A stretch of 52,957 nucleotides of DNA, taken from the NCBI RefSeq assembly GCF_001194135.2, contig NC_068988.1, forward strand, positions 15,718,111 through 15,771,067, read 5' to 3'. This DNA is from Octopus bimaculoides (Eukaryota). Every line of letters begins with the position of its first letter. Within the stretch, counting starts at the first letter, position 1. This document shows, in pieces, positions 23,636 through 37,149 of the stretch. Made by a program: the position numbers and the translations under genes. The notes below the pieces were generated by a model. It was not told the origin of the DNA. It did no database searches and saw only the letters and a program-made list of their open reading frames with translations.

Positions 23636-24412
23636 TTCTTCCTGTTCAAATGGACAAGGAGTTAGAAAATAATAGACCAGATATAATGATTATAGATAAG
23701 GGAAAGCAAAGCTGCTTACTTATCGACTCATCATGCCCATTTGACTCCAGGAACATAAAGAAAGAGGAAGAAAAACAAATAAAATACAATCCCTTAAAAT
23801 TTGACATAAGAAGAATTTGGAGCATCCAAACAGTAAATGTTGTGCCTATAATAATTAGTGCATTGGGAACAGGAAGCTAAGATATAGACAAATGACTGAA
23901 AGAGATTGAAATAGGCATAGGAGTGGCTGTGTGGTAAGTAGCTTGCTTACCAACCACATGGTTCCGGGTTCAGTCCCACTGCGTGGCATCTTGGGCAAGT
24001 GTCTTCTACTATAGCCTCGGGCCGACCAAAGCCTTGTGAGTAGATTTGGTAGACGGAAACTGAAAGAAGCCCGTTGTATATGTGTATATATATATGTATA
24101 TATATATATGTATGTGTGTATGTGTGTCTGTGTTTGTCCCCCCAACATCGCTTGACAACCGATGCTGGTGTGTTTACGTCCCCATAACTTAGAGGTTCGG
24201 CAAAAGAGACCGATAGAATAAGTACTAGGCTTCCAAAGAATAAGTCCTGGGGTCGATTTATTCAACTAAAGGCGGTGCTCCAGCATGGCCACAGTCAAAA
24301 GACTGAAACAAGTAAAAGAGTAAAAGAGTAAAGAGAATGCCCAGAAGAGCTCCGACAGAAAGTTTGTTTCTTAGGGTTAGCAAGGATTATCAGGAGAGTT
24401 CTAAGCACTTGA
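23635..24412 (+). mobile_element. 5'-truncated R4/Dong-like RLE endonuclease fragment split by a SINE
   Basis: LLPVQMDKELENNRPDIMIIDK...LLIDSSCPFD...KEEEKQIKY...W...VVPIIISALGTGS*DIDK*LKEIEI, then a SINE at 23914-24334, then ECPEELRQKVCFLGLARIIRRVLST*. PD..D..K-type nuclease motif. Confidence 0.82.
23914..24334 (+). mobile_element. tRNA-headed SINE family 4, full-length
   Basis: Head ggcataggagtggctgtgtggtaag, B-box GGTTCAGTCC, body ttgggcaagtgtcttctactatagc, internal (TA/TG)n and (GAGTAAAA)n tail. A near-identical 5'-truncated copy is at about 47933-48285; diverged copies at about 3840 and 29040-29190(-). Confidence 0.85.
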
Positions 24413-26665
24413 AAGACTGCTGAAAACTTGTCAATACCTAAGGTTGCAGGTAGTAACCTGCTACCAGGAATAAGGTTGCAGGTTTAGTAAGTATATGTAG
24501 ATAGTTTAGCAAGAAATGTAGATGGCTCAGAAGGCAAATGAGTTGCATCAGTGTTCAAATGAAAAACAATTTTTATTACAGCTTCTGAACAATGCTGAAC
24601 AAGCATAAATTACAGGAAAAATTAAGGTGTGTACGAAACATCATAATGTAGACATACAATCTGGCAGGAATAACATTTGTAAGACATGAATAATTTCTGT
24701 TTCACTTACTACAATTTACAGGATCTCTACATTGGAGCTGTGCAAAGTAGGACAATACAAAGTAGGACAATACAAAGTAGGACAAATGTCATAATGCAGA
24801 TGCAAATCTTGCTGGAGAAACCGATTTCAGCAAACCAGATACAACAATATAATAAGCCTCATAGCTGCTTAAAAGAAACGAATGTCACGTGGAGAACTGG
24901 GCACAAGGATACAGAGTTGCTAAAGGAAACTTAGTCCAGTAGTCATAATGACTGGGAAAGCAAAACAGTAACTTCCCATGTTCTAGATGAGGCTGACAGA
25001 ATGAGAATCTTGAAAATACGTTGTTAACAGTTCAATGTCTTTACAACAACTCACTGAACTTTTAGTTTTTAGATGCACTTTAGACTTGGGCAGACGTTGT
25101 TTGAATTTGCACAACACTAACCTTAACTGGTCAGTGTCTATCCCAAACAACTAACTCGTGTTATAATAAAAAAATAAATTTATCATCTCTTACTACACAG
25201 GTAGTAACCCGCTACCAGGAATAAGACCAAACCTGAGCCAAACTAAAATAATAACTAATATGCATTATGATTGCATACATATGTATATACACATATACAC
25301 AAATATGTGTATATGTGCGTACTTATAGAAACACATGCATACACAGTTTGTGTGCATGTATGTCTACCTTTCTTTATTCCTAGAATTCTTCCACAAGTGC
25401 CAGTCTCCAAGAAATATGTCGTTTCATCAATGACATAAATAAAAATGGTAAACTTTAAAAAAAAAAAAAAAATCTCACATTTTAGGATTCATTTTATTCT
25501 TTAACTGCTTTCAATGAATGAAGTGTGGCCATACTAGGGCACCTCCTGTATAGGCAAAGTCAATATATCAACCACAGTAGTTGACTTATTTTGGAAGGAT
25601 GAAAGGTACAATCAATCTGGGTGGAATTTGAACTCAGAATCTGAAGGAATGTGACCAAATAAGTATTTGAAGGTATTTTGTCCAAAGCTTTACTAATTTA
25701 TCATCCACTACTTTAACCAATTATTTCTTATCTGGTTACCAACTGGTTACTATCAATAAGTTTATTACAAGTAACTTTAATGTCTAACTGCTTCTGAAAC
25801 AAGGCTGAAGTATAAAACCATTATGATACCCACTAATTCAAAGAATAAGTCATCTTTCCTTCTGAATAACATCATCTTTGTTTGTAACTTTTCAAACAGT
25901 AACCACTTCATTCCAATCTATTATTGATCAGACCTGACCACAGAAAATATTAATCTGCATTATGTAATAATTTTATGTTCAATCGATCAGATATCATTTA
26001 ATCTAATCATTTGTCCCAATCAATACAGTTATCTTATTGATCAATGTTATTAATAAATGCCTCATTCTCAACTCTCTATTGTGAAAATCATTTACTAACA
26101 GCTATATAAATCAAAGAGATCTACATAGCTTGTAGTCAATAGCTGAGTGGTTATGGTGTGATGCTTATAACTGTTAAGTGATGTGTTTGAATTTTGGAGC
26201 AAGCAGTGCATTGTGTCTTTGAGCAAGGCACTTCATTTCATGTTGATGCAGTACACTCAGCTGAAAGAGAATACTAGTGGTACTTAAGGGTTAATCCTGC
26301 AAACAGCCTAATATCCCACTCAGTGGGCTCTTGTACTCTCAGCCTAAAAATGCTTTAAAATTACAGAAAAGCACCAGCTTTGTTAGTTTGTAGTTTGTAG
26401 GATTGAAGTACACAAAGACTAAAGCAGTGAATTATTTGTTACTAGTAGCAAAGAATTTGTAATTATTCTAGAAATGAACTGACCCAAACAATGGATTAAA
26501 TTGACCATTCTATTATAAAAAGGACACCAAATTCAACTTAAATCCATTCTCTACTGGCTGGCTTTACATGCAATCTTGTGGTAATAAGGGATTAATAAGC
26601 TTTGGATAAGTTTTATCAAATGAATGTAGTCATTTATGTGCTGTCTGTGCTATCAGATAAGTGTT

Positions 26666-26725
<60 letters not shown>

Positions 26726-27995
26726 NNNNNNNNNNNNNNNNNNNNNNNNNNNNNNNNNNNNNNNNNNNNNNNNNNNNNNNNNNNNNNNNNNNNNNNNNNN
26801 NNNNNNNNNNNNNNNNNNNNNNNNNNNNNNNNNNNNNNNNNNNNNNNNNNNNNNNNNNNNNNNNNNNNNNNNNNNNNNNNNNNNNNNNNNNNNNNNNNNN
26901 NNNNNNNNNNNNNNNNNNNNNNNNNNNNNNNNNNNNNNNNNNNNNNNNNNNNNNNNNNNNNNNNNNNNNNNNNNNNNNNNNNNNNNNNNNNNNNNNNNNN
27001 NNNNNNNNNNNNNNNNNNNNNNNNNNNNNNNNNNNNNNNNNNNNNNNNNNNNNNNNNNNNNNNNNNNNNNNNNNNNNNNNNNNNNNNNNNNNNNNNNNNN
27101 NNNNNNNNNNNNNNNNNNNNNNNNNNNNNNNNNNNNNNNNNNNNNNNNNNNNNNNNNNNNNNNNNNNNNNNNNNNNNNNNNNGCACACATAGAACAAAAA
27201 ACCGGAGGGAAAAGCGTAAACAAAACAAGTCTTTAGTTAATTTTTTGTTCTATGTGTGCCATAGATATCGCCACCCGTTTAGAGAAAAATTTGTAGTTTA
27301 GAATCAGTAGTTCTTTGACTGCTATTTCTAAATTTTCAGTATGTTGGAGAAGCAACTCAATGCTAATCCCTGTATATTTATGATGATAAATGGTTTTACC
27401 GATAAAGGTTTTTTCATACTGAACTACTTGGCAAAATTGTTAATTATTAATTCTATTATTAATTGACGATTCCCTGCCCTTATTCTTGTATATATCTATT
27501 CATATATACACACACACATATATGTCAAAGTTGCCTTTCATCCTTTTAGGGTTTATGAAATAAGTATCAGTTAAGTATGGGGTCGATGTAACCGAATAGC
27601 TTCCTGCCACAAAATTCCAAGCCTTATGCCTATAGTAGAAAGGATTATTACCAGGACTTTCAAGTTGGTGAGCTGGTGGAATCATTACAATGCTGGACAA
27701 AATGCTTAGTAGAATTTCTTCCAGCTTTTGACATTCTGTGTTCAAATGTTGTTGAAGTCAATTTTGCTTTTCATTCTTTTGGGGTCAAAAAGTAAGAAAC
27801 AGTTGAACATGGGGAAGGTGGGGGGGGGGTAATATAATTGACTTTACCCTCACCTCAAAACTGCTAGCCCGTCACTAAAACTTGAAACTATAATTACAAG
27901 CAGTTTTATGTTAAATAAAACCTTCAGATAAAGTCTTTCAGTTGACAAACACCAACATTCAGTCAGGCTGACATACAAGATCACATTGAACTTAC

Positions 27996-28076
27996 TTTAA
28001 TTATTCCGACAAGAGTGGTTTTCATCATCAACATTCCTTCAGTAAAGACAGAAATTGAATGGGTCAGACGAGCAAC
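27996..28076 (-). CDS. WASHC5: WASHC5 coding exon K
   Basis: ttgtag|[27 protein letters not shown]|gtaagt; 81 nt, phase 0-0. Confidence 0.95.
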
Positions 28077-29260
28077 CTACAAAGATGAAAAAAATCCACT
28101 GAATATGGAAGCACATTCTAAACAAAATGTAATAAAAAGGGATGACATAATATCTGCTGTTTAACATGAATAATTCACAAAATATGGAAGCACAATCTAA
28201 GTGAAAAAAATCATCATTTTCATGTTCTTATTTCATGCTGGCACTAGATGGACAGTTTGACAGAATCTGACAAGCCAGAGGGCTGTGTTAGGCTCTTGTA
28301 TCTGCATTGGCAAGGTTTTTATGGCTTTATGCCTTCCCTAATATCAAACATTTAACAGAGTATACTGGGTGCTTTCTCCTATGGCACCAGCACTAATGAA
28401 GTTACTAAGTAACGTGCAAGACGAGATCCCTTGATGGAGTTGGGTGTTGAATCAAGGGAGATGGCCTTGTGTCAAGTATTGAGATGCTGAAGCATGACAG
28501 GTAAAGGAGATACATGACTACCTCAGTAGATATGTGATTATCCACATGGAAAGGAATAACACAACATCTATCTCTTAACACAAACTGCAACCTTGGAACT
28601 TAGAATGAACCTAATGCTTATTTAGGCTGTCCTGAGATGTGTCCTGTAGTGGTGCCTTCAGCCCACTTGGTCCTCCATACATCTTGCTGACAAGCCAGCA
28701 GTTTCTGTTTCTAGATTTTTCCAAGATTTTTCATTAACATATCCATGAACATCGGTGTAGAATGGCTTCAGTTTTGATGCTTAATAAGCATGAACTCAAT
28801 GCCCACATGACTATTTTTCCTTTTACTTCTTTTAGTCATTTGACTGTGGCTATGCTGGAGCACCACCTTTAGTCAAAGAAATTGACCCCAGGACTTATTC
28901 CTTGTAAGCCTAGTAGTTATTATATCAGTCTCTTTTGCTAAACAGCTAAGTTACGGATGTAAATACACCAACATTGGTTGTCCCTATGGTAAGGGGACAA
29001 GCACAGGCACACAAACATATACACAGTATATATATATATGATGGGCTTCTTTCAGTTTCTGTCCATCAAATCAACTCACAAGGCTTTGGTCGGCCTGAGG
29101 CTATAGCAGAAGACACTTGCCCAAGGTGACACATAGTGGAACTGAACCTGGAGCCATGTGGTTGGGAAGCAAGCTTCTTACCACACAGCCACTATTGCAC
29201 CTATGTTACACTCTTTCACATAAATATGCACATTATGTGCATATATGAAGTATAAATGCG

Positions 29261-29291
<31 letters not shown>

Positions 29292-29382
29292 TGATATAGT
29301 GAGGAAGAGGGAGAACATTGTATAGCTTATATGCATATGTCTACAAAGAAACAATGATTATGGAATGATGAATGTGACTTAC

Positions 29383-29514
29383 TTCATATCTTTCTTCAAG
29401 TTGAGCATAATCCTTCATTTTATCTTTCTCAAGTCGTGTGGGTAATTCTTTGATTTGTGCTGTTTGCTTCTGAATAATCAGAGCCAGCAAACCAAACATT
29501 GTTCGTGGAATGAT
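29383..29514 (-). CDS. WASHC5: WASHC5 coding exon J
   Basis: ttctag|IIPRTMFGLLALIIQKQTAQIKELPTRLEKDKMKDYAQLEERYE|gtaagt; 132 nt, phase 0-0. Confidence 0.95.
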
Positions 29515-31419
29515 CTAGAAGAGAAGAAAATTTCATAAACATTTACTTTATATTGAGTGAAAATACTAACCATTTTGCTGTAAGTGTACAAGGTCAGTCC
29601 TCTAAGTTACACTAGAAAAATACCACCAACATTATCATCATCTGGCTCCTGTGCAGGTGGCACGTAAAAAACACCTTTTAGAGCGTGGCCATTGCCAGTA
29701 CCATGTGACTGGTCCTCGTGCCGTGGCACGTAAAAGCACCCACTACACTCTCGGAGTGGTTAGCGTTACGAAGGGAATCCAGCTGTAGAAACTCTGCCAA
29801 GTCAGATTGGAGCCTGGTGCAACCTTCTGGCCTGCCAATCCTCAGTCAAATCGTCCAACCCATGCTGATGATGATGATGATCAGCTTCATCATTGTTGCT
29901 ATGTTTGATTTTTACACTGAGGCAAGTTGTGGAAGAGAGAGACCCGGGTAACATGGGATGTAGTACTGAAGGTCAATCTCAAAAGACTGAACCTTGTTAA
30001 GGAGATGACAGAGGACCAAGATATGTGGTGCACTGTAGTACTCAAGAAGACCCACCTACCACAACAGGACTGAGATCCTAACAACCAAAGTACCACAAAA
30101 AATGTATTGGTGTGGGTGCAGGTGCCACATAAAAAGCACTGGTGCTGGTATCATGTAAAAAGCACTGGTACTGGAGCCACATAAAAAGCACCAGTACACT
30201 CTGTAAAGTGGTTGGCATTAGGAAGGACACCCAACTGTAGAAATCAAGCCAAGACAGACTATAGATCTCGGTGTGGCTTCTGGCTTTGTCAGTTCCTGTC
30301 AAGCCATCTAACCCATGCCAGCATAGGTAACTAATATTAAACATTGATGAAAATGATGATATATGGGTTAGATGAGACTTACCAAAACAGTGTTCAATGG
30401 CTGGGAGCACTTTTTGTGGCCAGCACTAAGTTTTTATCTAAGTAAGGAATTTTTACTTTACTGATCTTCAGATAAAGAACTGCTGAGCTACAGGATATAA
30501 TGTTTACAGGAGATGTCAATAAATATCCCTATTATTTTATTCAACCATAGGCAAACTGCTAGACTGAAGCACATAGGACTTTCTCAATGGCATACCTAAC
30601 AAAACAATACCTTAAAATAAGAAGATATTTTTTCGATGGTATTTATTTGAAAAAATATCATCTTATTTGTATTGTACAATACACATTTCAATGCTTCTGA
30701 TAAACAAATAAACAAACATTTGTTTGTTTATATTTATACATACATGACTACCTTCAATGTTTTTAGATGACAAGTTATGTCTCATGTGGCCTACTTCTTG
30801 AAAAAAGTTTCCTATGTCTGACTTGATTAGTGTCAATGAGATAGAACATAGAAACAAACACACACACACACACATATGAAGAGTGGAGTTTAGTACTCTT
30901 TCTGTCAATGAAATTTCAATGACAAGGCAATGGTCAGCTGAAGGTTATAGTAGAAAATCATTCAAAATGTCCCAGTGAGATTAAATATGAAACAACATAG
31001 TTGCAGACTTCTTCACCACATAGCTATGCTTGATTTCTAAATGAGGCACAAGGTTACACATTTAGGGAGAGGGGTAAAGCTGGTTTACTCCTTCCCAGTA
31101 TTGGATCGGTGATTGGTACTTTATTTTAGTAACTCCTAGAAAGATGAAACGCAGAGCTGACCTTGTATGATTTGAATTCTGAAATGTAAAGGGACACAAC
31201 TAAACAGCACAAAGTATTTTGTTCAATGCCCTACTGACTGTTTTAATCCACCGGATAAATAACAGCTCCAATTTCAGATTACTGATTCTAACCCTTCCCC
31301 TGAAATTGCTGGCCTTGTGCTAAAATCTGAAATGAATATAAAGGCAACAGTTGGATAGATCTGAAAATTCAAACATTTCAAAAAAGTCTACAGAGAGAAT
31401 GACAATTTGTTAAACTCAC

Positions 31420-31488
31420 CTGTAACACCTTTCTAAGATAGGCCACCAGTTCACCTGAGTAGTACTTTGATACACTGATAAGGTCAGG
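31420..31488 (-). CDS. WASHC5: WASHC5 coding exon I (3' part only; 5' part and acceptor inside N gap 31489-31710)
   Basis: ...[23 protein letters not shown]|gtgagt, directly abutting the gap. Confidence 0.93.
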
Positions 31489-31710
31489 NNNNNNNNNNNN
31501 NNNNNNNNNNNNNNNNNNNNNNNNNNNNNNNNNNNNNNNNNNNNNNNNNNNNNNNNNNNNNNNNNNNNNNNNNNNNNNNNNNNNNNNNNNNNNNNNNNNN
31601 NNNNNNNNNNNNNNNNNNNNNNNNNNNNNNNNNNNNNNNNNNNNNNNNNNNNNNNNNNNNNNNNNNNNNNNNNNNNNNNNNNNNNNNNNNNNNNNNNNNN
31701 NNNNNNNNNN
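31489..31710. other. Assembly gap hiding WASHC5 coding sequence (other gaps: 7975-7984, 11615-12565, 17313-17981, 20236-20245, 26726-27182)
   Basis: N runs read directly. Confidence 0.99.
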
Positions 31711-32967
31711 TCATTATTCTTGATGTTTTAACATTCACTTTCACTTCTCATGATTGTGGTTGCATACAGACACACACACACACACATACATGCACACACA
31801 GGCGAGTTGGCAGAAACATTAGCACGCCGGGCGAAATGCTTAGCGGTATTTCGTCTGCCGTTACGTTCTAAGTTCAAATTCTGCCAAGGTCGACTTTGCC
31901 TTTCATCCTTTCAGGGTTGATTAAATAAGTACCAGTTATGCACTAGGGTTGATGTAATCGACTTAGTCCCTTTGTCTGTCCTTGTTTGTCCCCTCTTTGT
32001 TTAGCCCCTCGTGGACAATAAAGAAATAAGAAACATGCACACACAGACATGTACATAGATACATACACCTGATTAGTGTTGAGTATCAGAAAAAAAAATA
32101 CCGTAGTACATTAATAATGCAGTTTTAGTTTGGTCGAGTCAGTCTCTTGCTACTCTGAGTTTCACCTGTGGGTGCACAGGCACTTCAGGTAAGTTATGAC
32201 AAGTCTGAAGAGCCCATGTGCACCGTTAGGCAATACTCAGAGTGGCAAGAGACTGACTTGACCAAAATAAAATACATTATATACTACACACACACAAAAA
32301 AAGTGAAATGGTTGAGTGGATACAGTACTATTGCATTATAAGTCAGCCAATAGGACTTGAATTCAAATCCACCGAAGTCATTTCATTGTCGATAGAGTAT
32401 TTTTAATACTCAATTCATTAATCATATTAATACTAACTTAACTGTTTTTTTTCCCATGAGGATGGCATCTCTGAAAATTTAACATCACTAATCTATTTTG
32501 AAATATATTAACATCTACTTATGTGACATACTATACATATACTAAATGATTCTCTCATCACTCTTTCAGTAAATACAGTGAAGTTTATGTTTAACTGAAG
32601 AGGTCTAACAGTAAAACATGCCAAGAGTTGTCTCCCATACTTGCTGAAATAATTAAGACAATACTAGTCTGGAGGTAATTTCGTTTTTACACCGCCACTT
32701 AATTAAGCATTTCTAATTAGGCAATTAATATCTGCTGTTTCAAAAACAGCATTAACTTATCCTTGTGAGTTAGATCACCTAACAATTGAGGATAGACACC
32801 ATATTATTTGAGAATATTGATACTGAAATATGTTTTAACATTCTCAGATGGTTTGTGAACATAATATACATTGCTAACTACAAAATATATAAATAAAGAA
32901 AAACAAAAACGACCGCAAATCCCCACCAGTATTGGAGATCAATAGTGCACATTGCATCATACAATAC

Positions 32968-33043
32968 CTTTAAAAATGTTGCCCTCAGTTTTATCACAAG
33001 GGAGGGATCTTTCTTAATGCCTTCCTGCATTATTGATGTATAA
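32968..33043 (-). CDS. WASHC5: WASHC5 coding exon H
   Basis: ttgcag|(S)YTSIMQEGIKKDPSLVIKLRATFLK|gtattg; 76 nt, phase 2-0. Confidence 0.95.
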
Positions 33044-34088
33044 CTGCAACATAGAAACAAGTGGATTGTTAAAAGAAATATGAAATATATATATACTATA
33101 TCATATTATATTGTATTATGCATATTACATGTATATATAAATGTATTTATATATACACACACACACACGCACATATCATCATCATCATTTAAATCAGTTT
33201 TCCATGCTGGAATGAGTTGGACATTGTGACAGGATTGAATGGATAAGACGGCCACAAATTGTCAAAGTGCCTCAGTTTTGGGCATGGTTTCTGTGACTGG
33301 ATACCCTTGCTAATGTCAACACTTTACAGAGTATACTACGTGCTTTTATCAGGACACTATGAAATGTGTCCAGGAATCTGACAGGGGGCAGCACTGGACA
33401 GATATGACAATTCTAAGAGAGCAGTAGTGGCCCATCCAATCAATGCCCATATGGAAAACAGAGGATATTAATATTTGCAGTTACTGTAAAAGTAAAAGCC
33501 ACACTGTGTCACTGAAAACATGGAATGTCTTTCCCAAGTTATATTCTTTAAAAAGACTGTATGAAATACAAGAATATTACAGGTACAATATGACAGAGTG
33601 GTTATGGAATTTGGTTTGGAACCACATGGTTTTGGGTTCCATCCCGCAATGTAGCACTAAGGGTAAGTGTCTTCTAGATTAGCCTCAAGCAGATCAATGA
33701 CCTTTATGTGATGCATGATAGAGGAAACACTTCACAAACCCATCATGTGTATGTGCATGTGGATAGGTGTGTTAGTTTGCTTCTACATAACTTTACACTG
33801 ATGCTGGTTGAGCAGAGAGGCGTTTGTTTACATCTCTTGTGAACAATATGTCCCATAGCTTAGTGGTTTTACCAGTTTCACATATAAACCAGTGGAACAA
33901 GAATGCCTTATTTGAAGAACAGATAAGAAACGGAGATAAGCAAAGACAACAATCTATAAAATATTGCCTCAATAACTTTGGTCCAAACCATTCCAGCATG
34001 GAGAAAGTAAATAGAAAGATGAAATGACAAACTTTGGTATTCTGAAGAGCTTTGGCACTAGATAAAAATGAAATACTGAAATACTGAC

Positions 34089-34255
34089 CTGTCCATTAAG
34101 TGCCACGCATAAGAAAGGTCAGCAACTATTTGGATAGTGATCAGTACCTCTTCTTTGATGTTAATGGTGCGAATCATTTGATGAAGGTATTTACGAGTGT
34201 CAGCCAAGAACTGTTTCACTTGAAGGTTGCTCTCCAGCTGATGGAATTCTTGGAC
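34089..34255 (-). CDS. WASHC5: WASHC5 coding exon G
   Basis: tgacag|[55 protein letters not shown]+AG|gtcagt; 167 nt, phase 0-2. Confidence 0.96.
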
Positions 34256-35721
34256 CTGTCAAAAATGAAAAAAAAAATTATTTTAAATGTCAATGACTCT
34301 TCTTGACTTGACAACAGTACAACCAGAAATTATACAAACACTGTATTATCCCCAGTATACTTCAATGTATATATATAGCCTTGTCTAATTTCATCGTCTT
34401 CATTATTTAGCATCCATTTTCCAGGCTGGCATAAGTAAGATGGTTTGACTGGGGCTGGTAAGCTGGAGAGTTGCACCAGACTCCAGTCTGTTTTGGCTTG
34501 GTTTATATGGCTGGATGCCCTTCCTGACACCAACCACTCCACAGAATGCACAGAGTGTCTTTTACATGTCACCAGCTGGCATGTGTGCCTTTCGTATGAC
34601 ACTGGCTGGAGAGCTGTACCAGGCTCTGGTCTGTTTTGGCTTGGTTTCTATTGCTGTATGGCCTTCCTAACACCAATCACTCCATAGAGTGTACTGGGTG
34701 CCTTTCACATGTCACTGGTATGGATGTCTTTTACATGTCATCAGCACTGGCCACGACTATGATTTCACTTAGTTTGTCAAGTCTTTTCAAGTACAGCAAA
34801 TCACCAAAAGTCTTGGTTACTGGACACTCAGTGTACAAAAAATACATCATCATATTTTCTGGCATATAAGATGCACTCTTGTATAAGATGAGCACCTATT
34901 TTTACAAATATATTTTGTGAAAAAAATTGAACATTTCCTCATAAAATCATACACTCGGTACACCTGTAATATGATCGCATTTGATGCATGGTAATTACAT
35001 CTAAGAATAAAAAGTGTACATCTTATATATGGTTTAAGTCAGTTCTATTATCTTATATCTTATATCATGGTTTAAGTCAGTTCTATTTAGTTCTCTCCAT
35101 TTAATCTCTCCACAAACAGATTGCAGTAAACTACAAAGAAGACAAAATAGCACAGACAGAGCATCATCACAAGCAAACCACAGTTATTGACCACATACTC
35201 AGCAAAATACACAGTGACTAGTTATGATAATATCAACAAGCAATGTCAACATCAGCATTGCCTTGCTCAAGCGGAGATGAACGTGGAATATATAAACACT
35301 GATGCACATTCACACATAAACATAGATACATGTGTGTATACGACAGGGTTTTTGCAGTTTCCATCTGCCAAATTTCTTTATGTGGTGTTGGTAATTCTGG
35401 AACTATAGTCAAAGACAGTTTCTCAAGGTGCTGTACAGTAGGACTGAACCCAAAACCACAGTGTTGCAAAATGAATTTCTTAACCATAATGCCATGCTTG
35501 TGCCCATAGCTATATCTGACATATGTGTATGTGTGTGAAACTATCTGCCTGTCTATATATATATATATATATATATATAAGCTGCATCCATAGTTTTCAT
35601 TTGTGTCTTTACTATATACTGAGAGAGAGAGAATTAGTTTTTCAGATAATTACTGACGTGGTAGGAAAACCATAAGTTGTTTTCAAGAATCTGAAATCAA
35701 ATGAGATAAAGTAATAATTAC

Positions 35722-35834
35722 TTCTTCAAGAGCTTGAATGAGTTGGACTATTTTCCTACCAGCAGCAGTGGAATCATCATAGTCAAGGGAGGTGATCTGT
35801 TTGGACATTTCTGCAAACCAAGCCTGTAAGTTAT
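35722..35834 (-). CDS. WASHC5: WASHC5 coding exon F
   Basis: tttcag|(D)[37 protein letters not shown]|gtaatt; 113 nt, phase 1-0. Confidence 0.95.
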
Positions 35835-35923
35835 CTGAAACAAGTCAAAGACATGCAAACAGCATGAAAAGGTAAGGTATAGAGATAGTTTCAGAGATTA
35901 GATGGAACATAAAGAGGACAGTT

Positions 35924-36458
35924 TTAACCCATTTGCTACCAATCTGTACGAGACTGCCCTAGGTTTTATGATACAAACATTTTGTTTTAAAGTTATCTAA
36001 ATTCAAACCTTACTCAAAATTTCATGTTAATTTATATTTCAAGTACCATCTTAATAATGACAAAGTTATTTTATTAAATTCTTCTTCAACATCATCATCC
36101 TCATGTAATGTCTGCTTTGTGTGCTGGCATGGGCTAAATGGCTTGAGTGGAACTGGTAAGCTGGAGAGCTACACCAGGTTCCAGTCTGAATTTGGCTTGC
36201 TTGATTTCTAAGGCTCGGTGCCCTTCCTAACACCAAACACTCTGAGAGTGTCATCAGCATGGGTGCTTTTGTGTGTCACCAGCACCAGCCATAACTATGA
36301 TTTCACTTGGCTTGATGAGTTTTCTCAAGCACAGCAAATCGCGATCGCTGTCATTGCCTCCATGAGGTCCCTTAGTCAAATAACATACTTCACCACCTCA
36401 AAATTAACTGAAAGAATGGTAGTTAATTTCAACAAGAATATGGTAACAAAAGTGTTAA
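35924..36458. mobile_element. piggyBac-like MITE with a nested family-2 SINE
   Basis: TTAA|CCCATTTGCTACCA...TGGTAACAAAAGTG|TTAA (11/14 TIR match); a family-2 insert at about 36090-36370; a related degenerate copy at about 13165-13648 carries a family-3 SINE. Confidence 0.6.
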
Positions 36459-37149
36459 AGAAATGTTTTCCGCCAACTCAAATGCACCTAGCCAATACAA
36501 TCCCTAAACCTTGTTAGAAATAACTGTTAAATTGTCTTTAAGTTATATTCAATTATTTTATGAAATAATGATTTCAAATTTTGTCACAGGCCTGCAAGTT
36601 CGGCAGAGGGAGTAAATCAATTACACCAACCTCAGTGTTCAACAGGTACTTATTTTATCAACCCCAAAAGGATGAAAGGTAAATTCTACCTGGGCAGAAT
36701 TTTAACTCAGAACGTGAGGACAGACAAAATGTGGCTAAGCATTTTGCCTGGCGTGCTATCAATTCTGCCAGCTCAGTGCCTTAAAATATCATTTCACAAA
36801 ATAATGGTCTGTAGATTGTTGATATATAACCCAAGAATATAGGAACAAAACTTAACCTTCAAGCACACTAGGGGTGACAAAGTATAGCTCAGAGAGAGAG
36901 CGCCATTAGAAGATATGAGGATGGTACAATCTAACAGGAAGCTACTGGCTCAAGAGACTTATGAGTAGAACACAGTCAAAAGTACTACTGACATCAACAG
37001 CAACAACTCTGTTTTTACCAGATTTCTTCATAGTGAGAGCCTCCTGATGACAGACATAGAAGAGAAGGTATCCAGTAGATTTGGATTTAATAAAGCTGTA
37101 GTTGTGATCATTAAGGACAAAGAAAGACTCAAGGTGTCGGAGAAAGTTG

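Noticed and set aside
32960-32967. U12-type intron at the GTATTG donor of exon H
   Set aside because: It does not match the GTATCCTT minor-intron donor; treated as an ordinary U2 intron.
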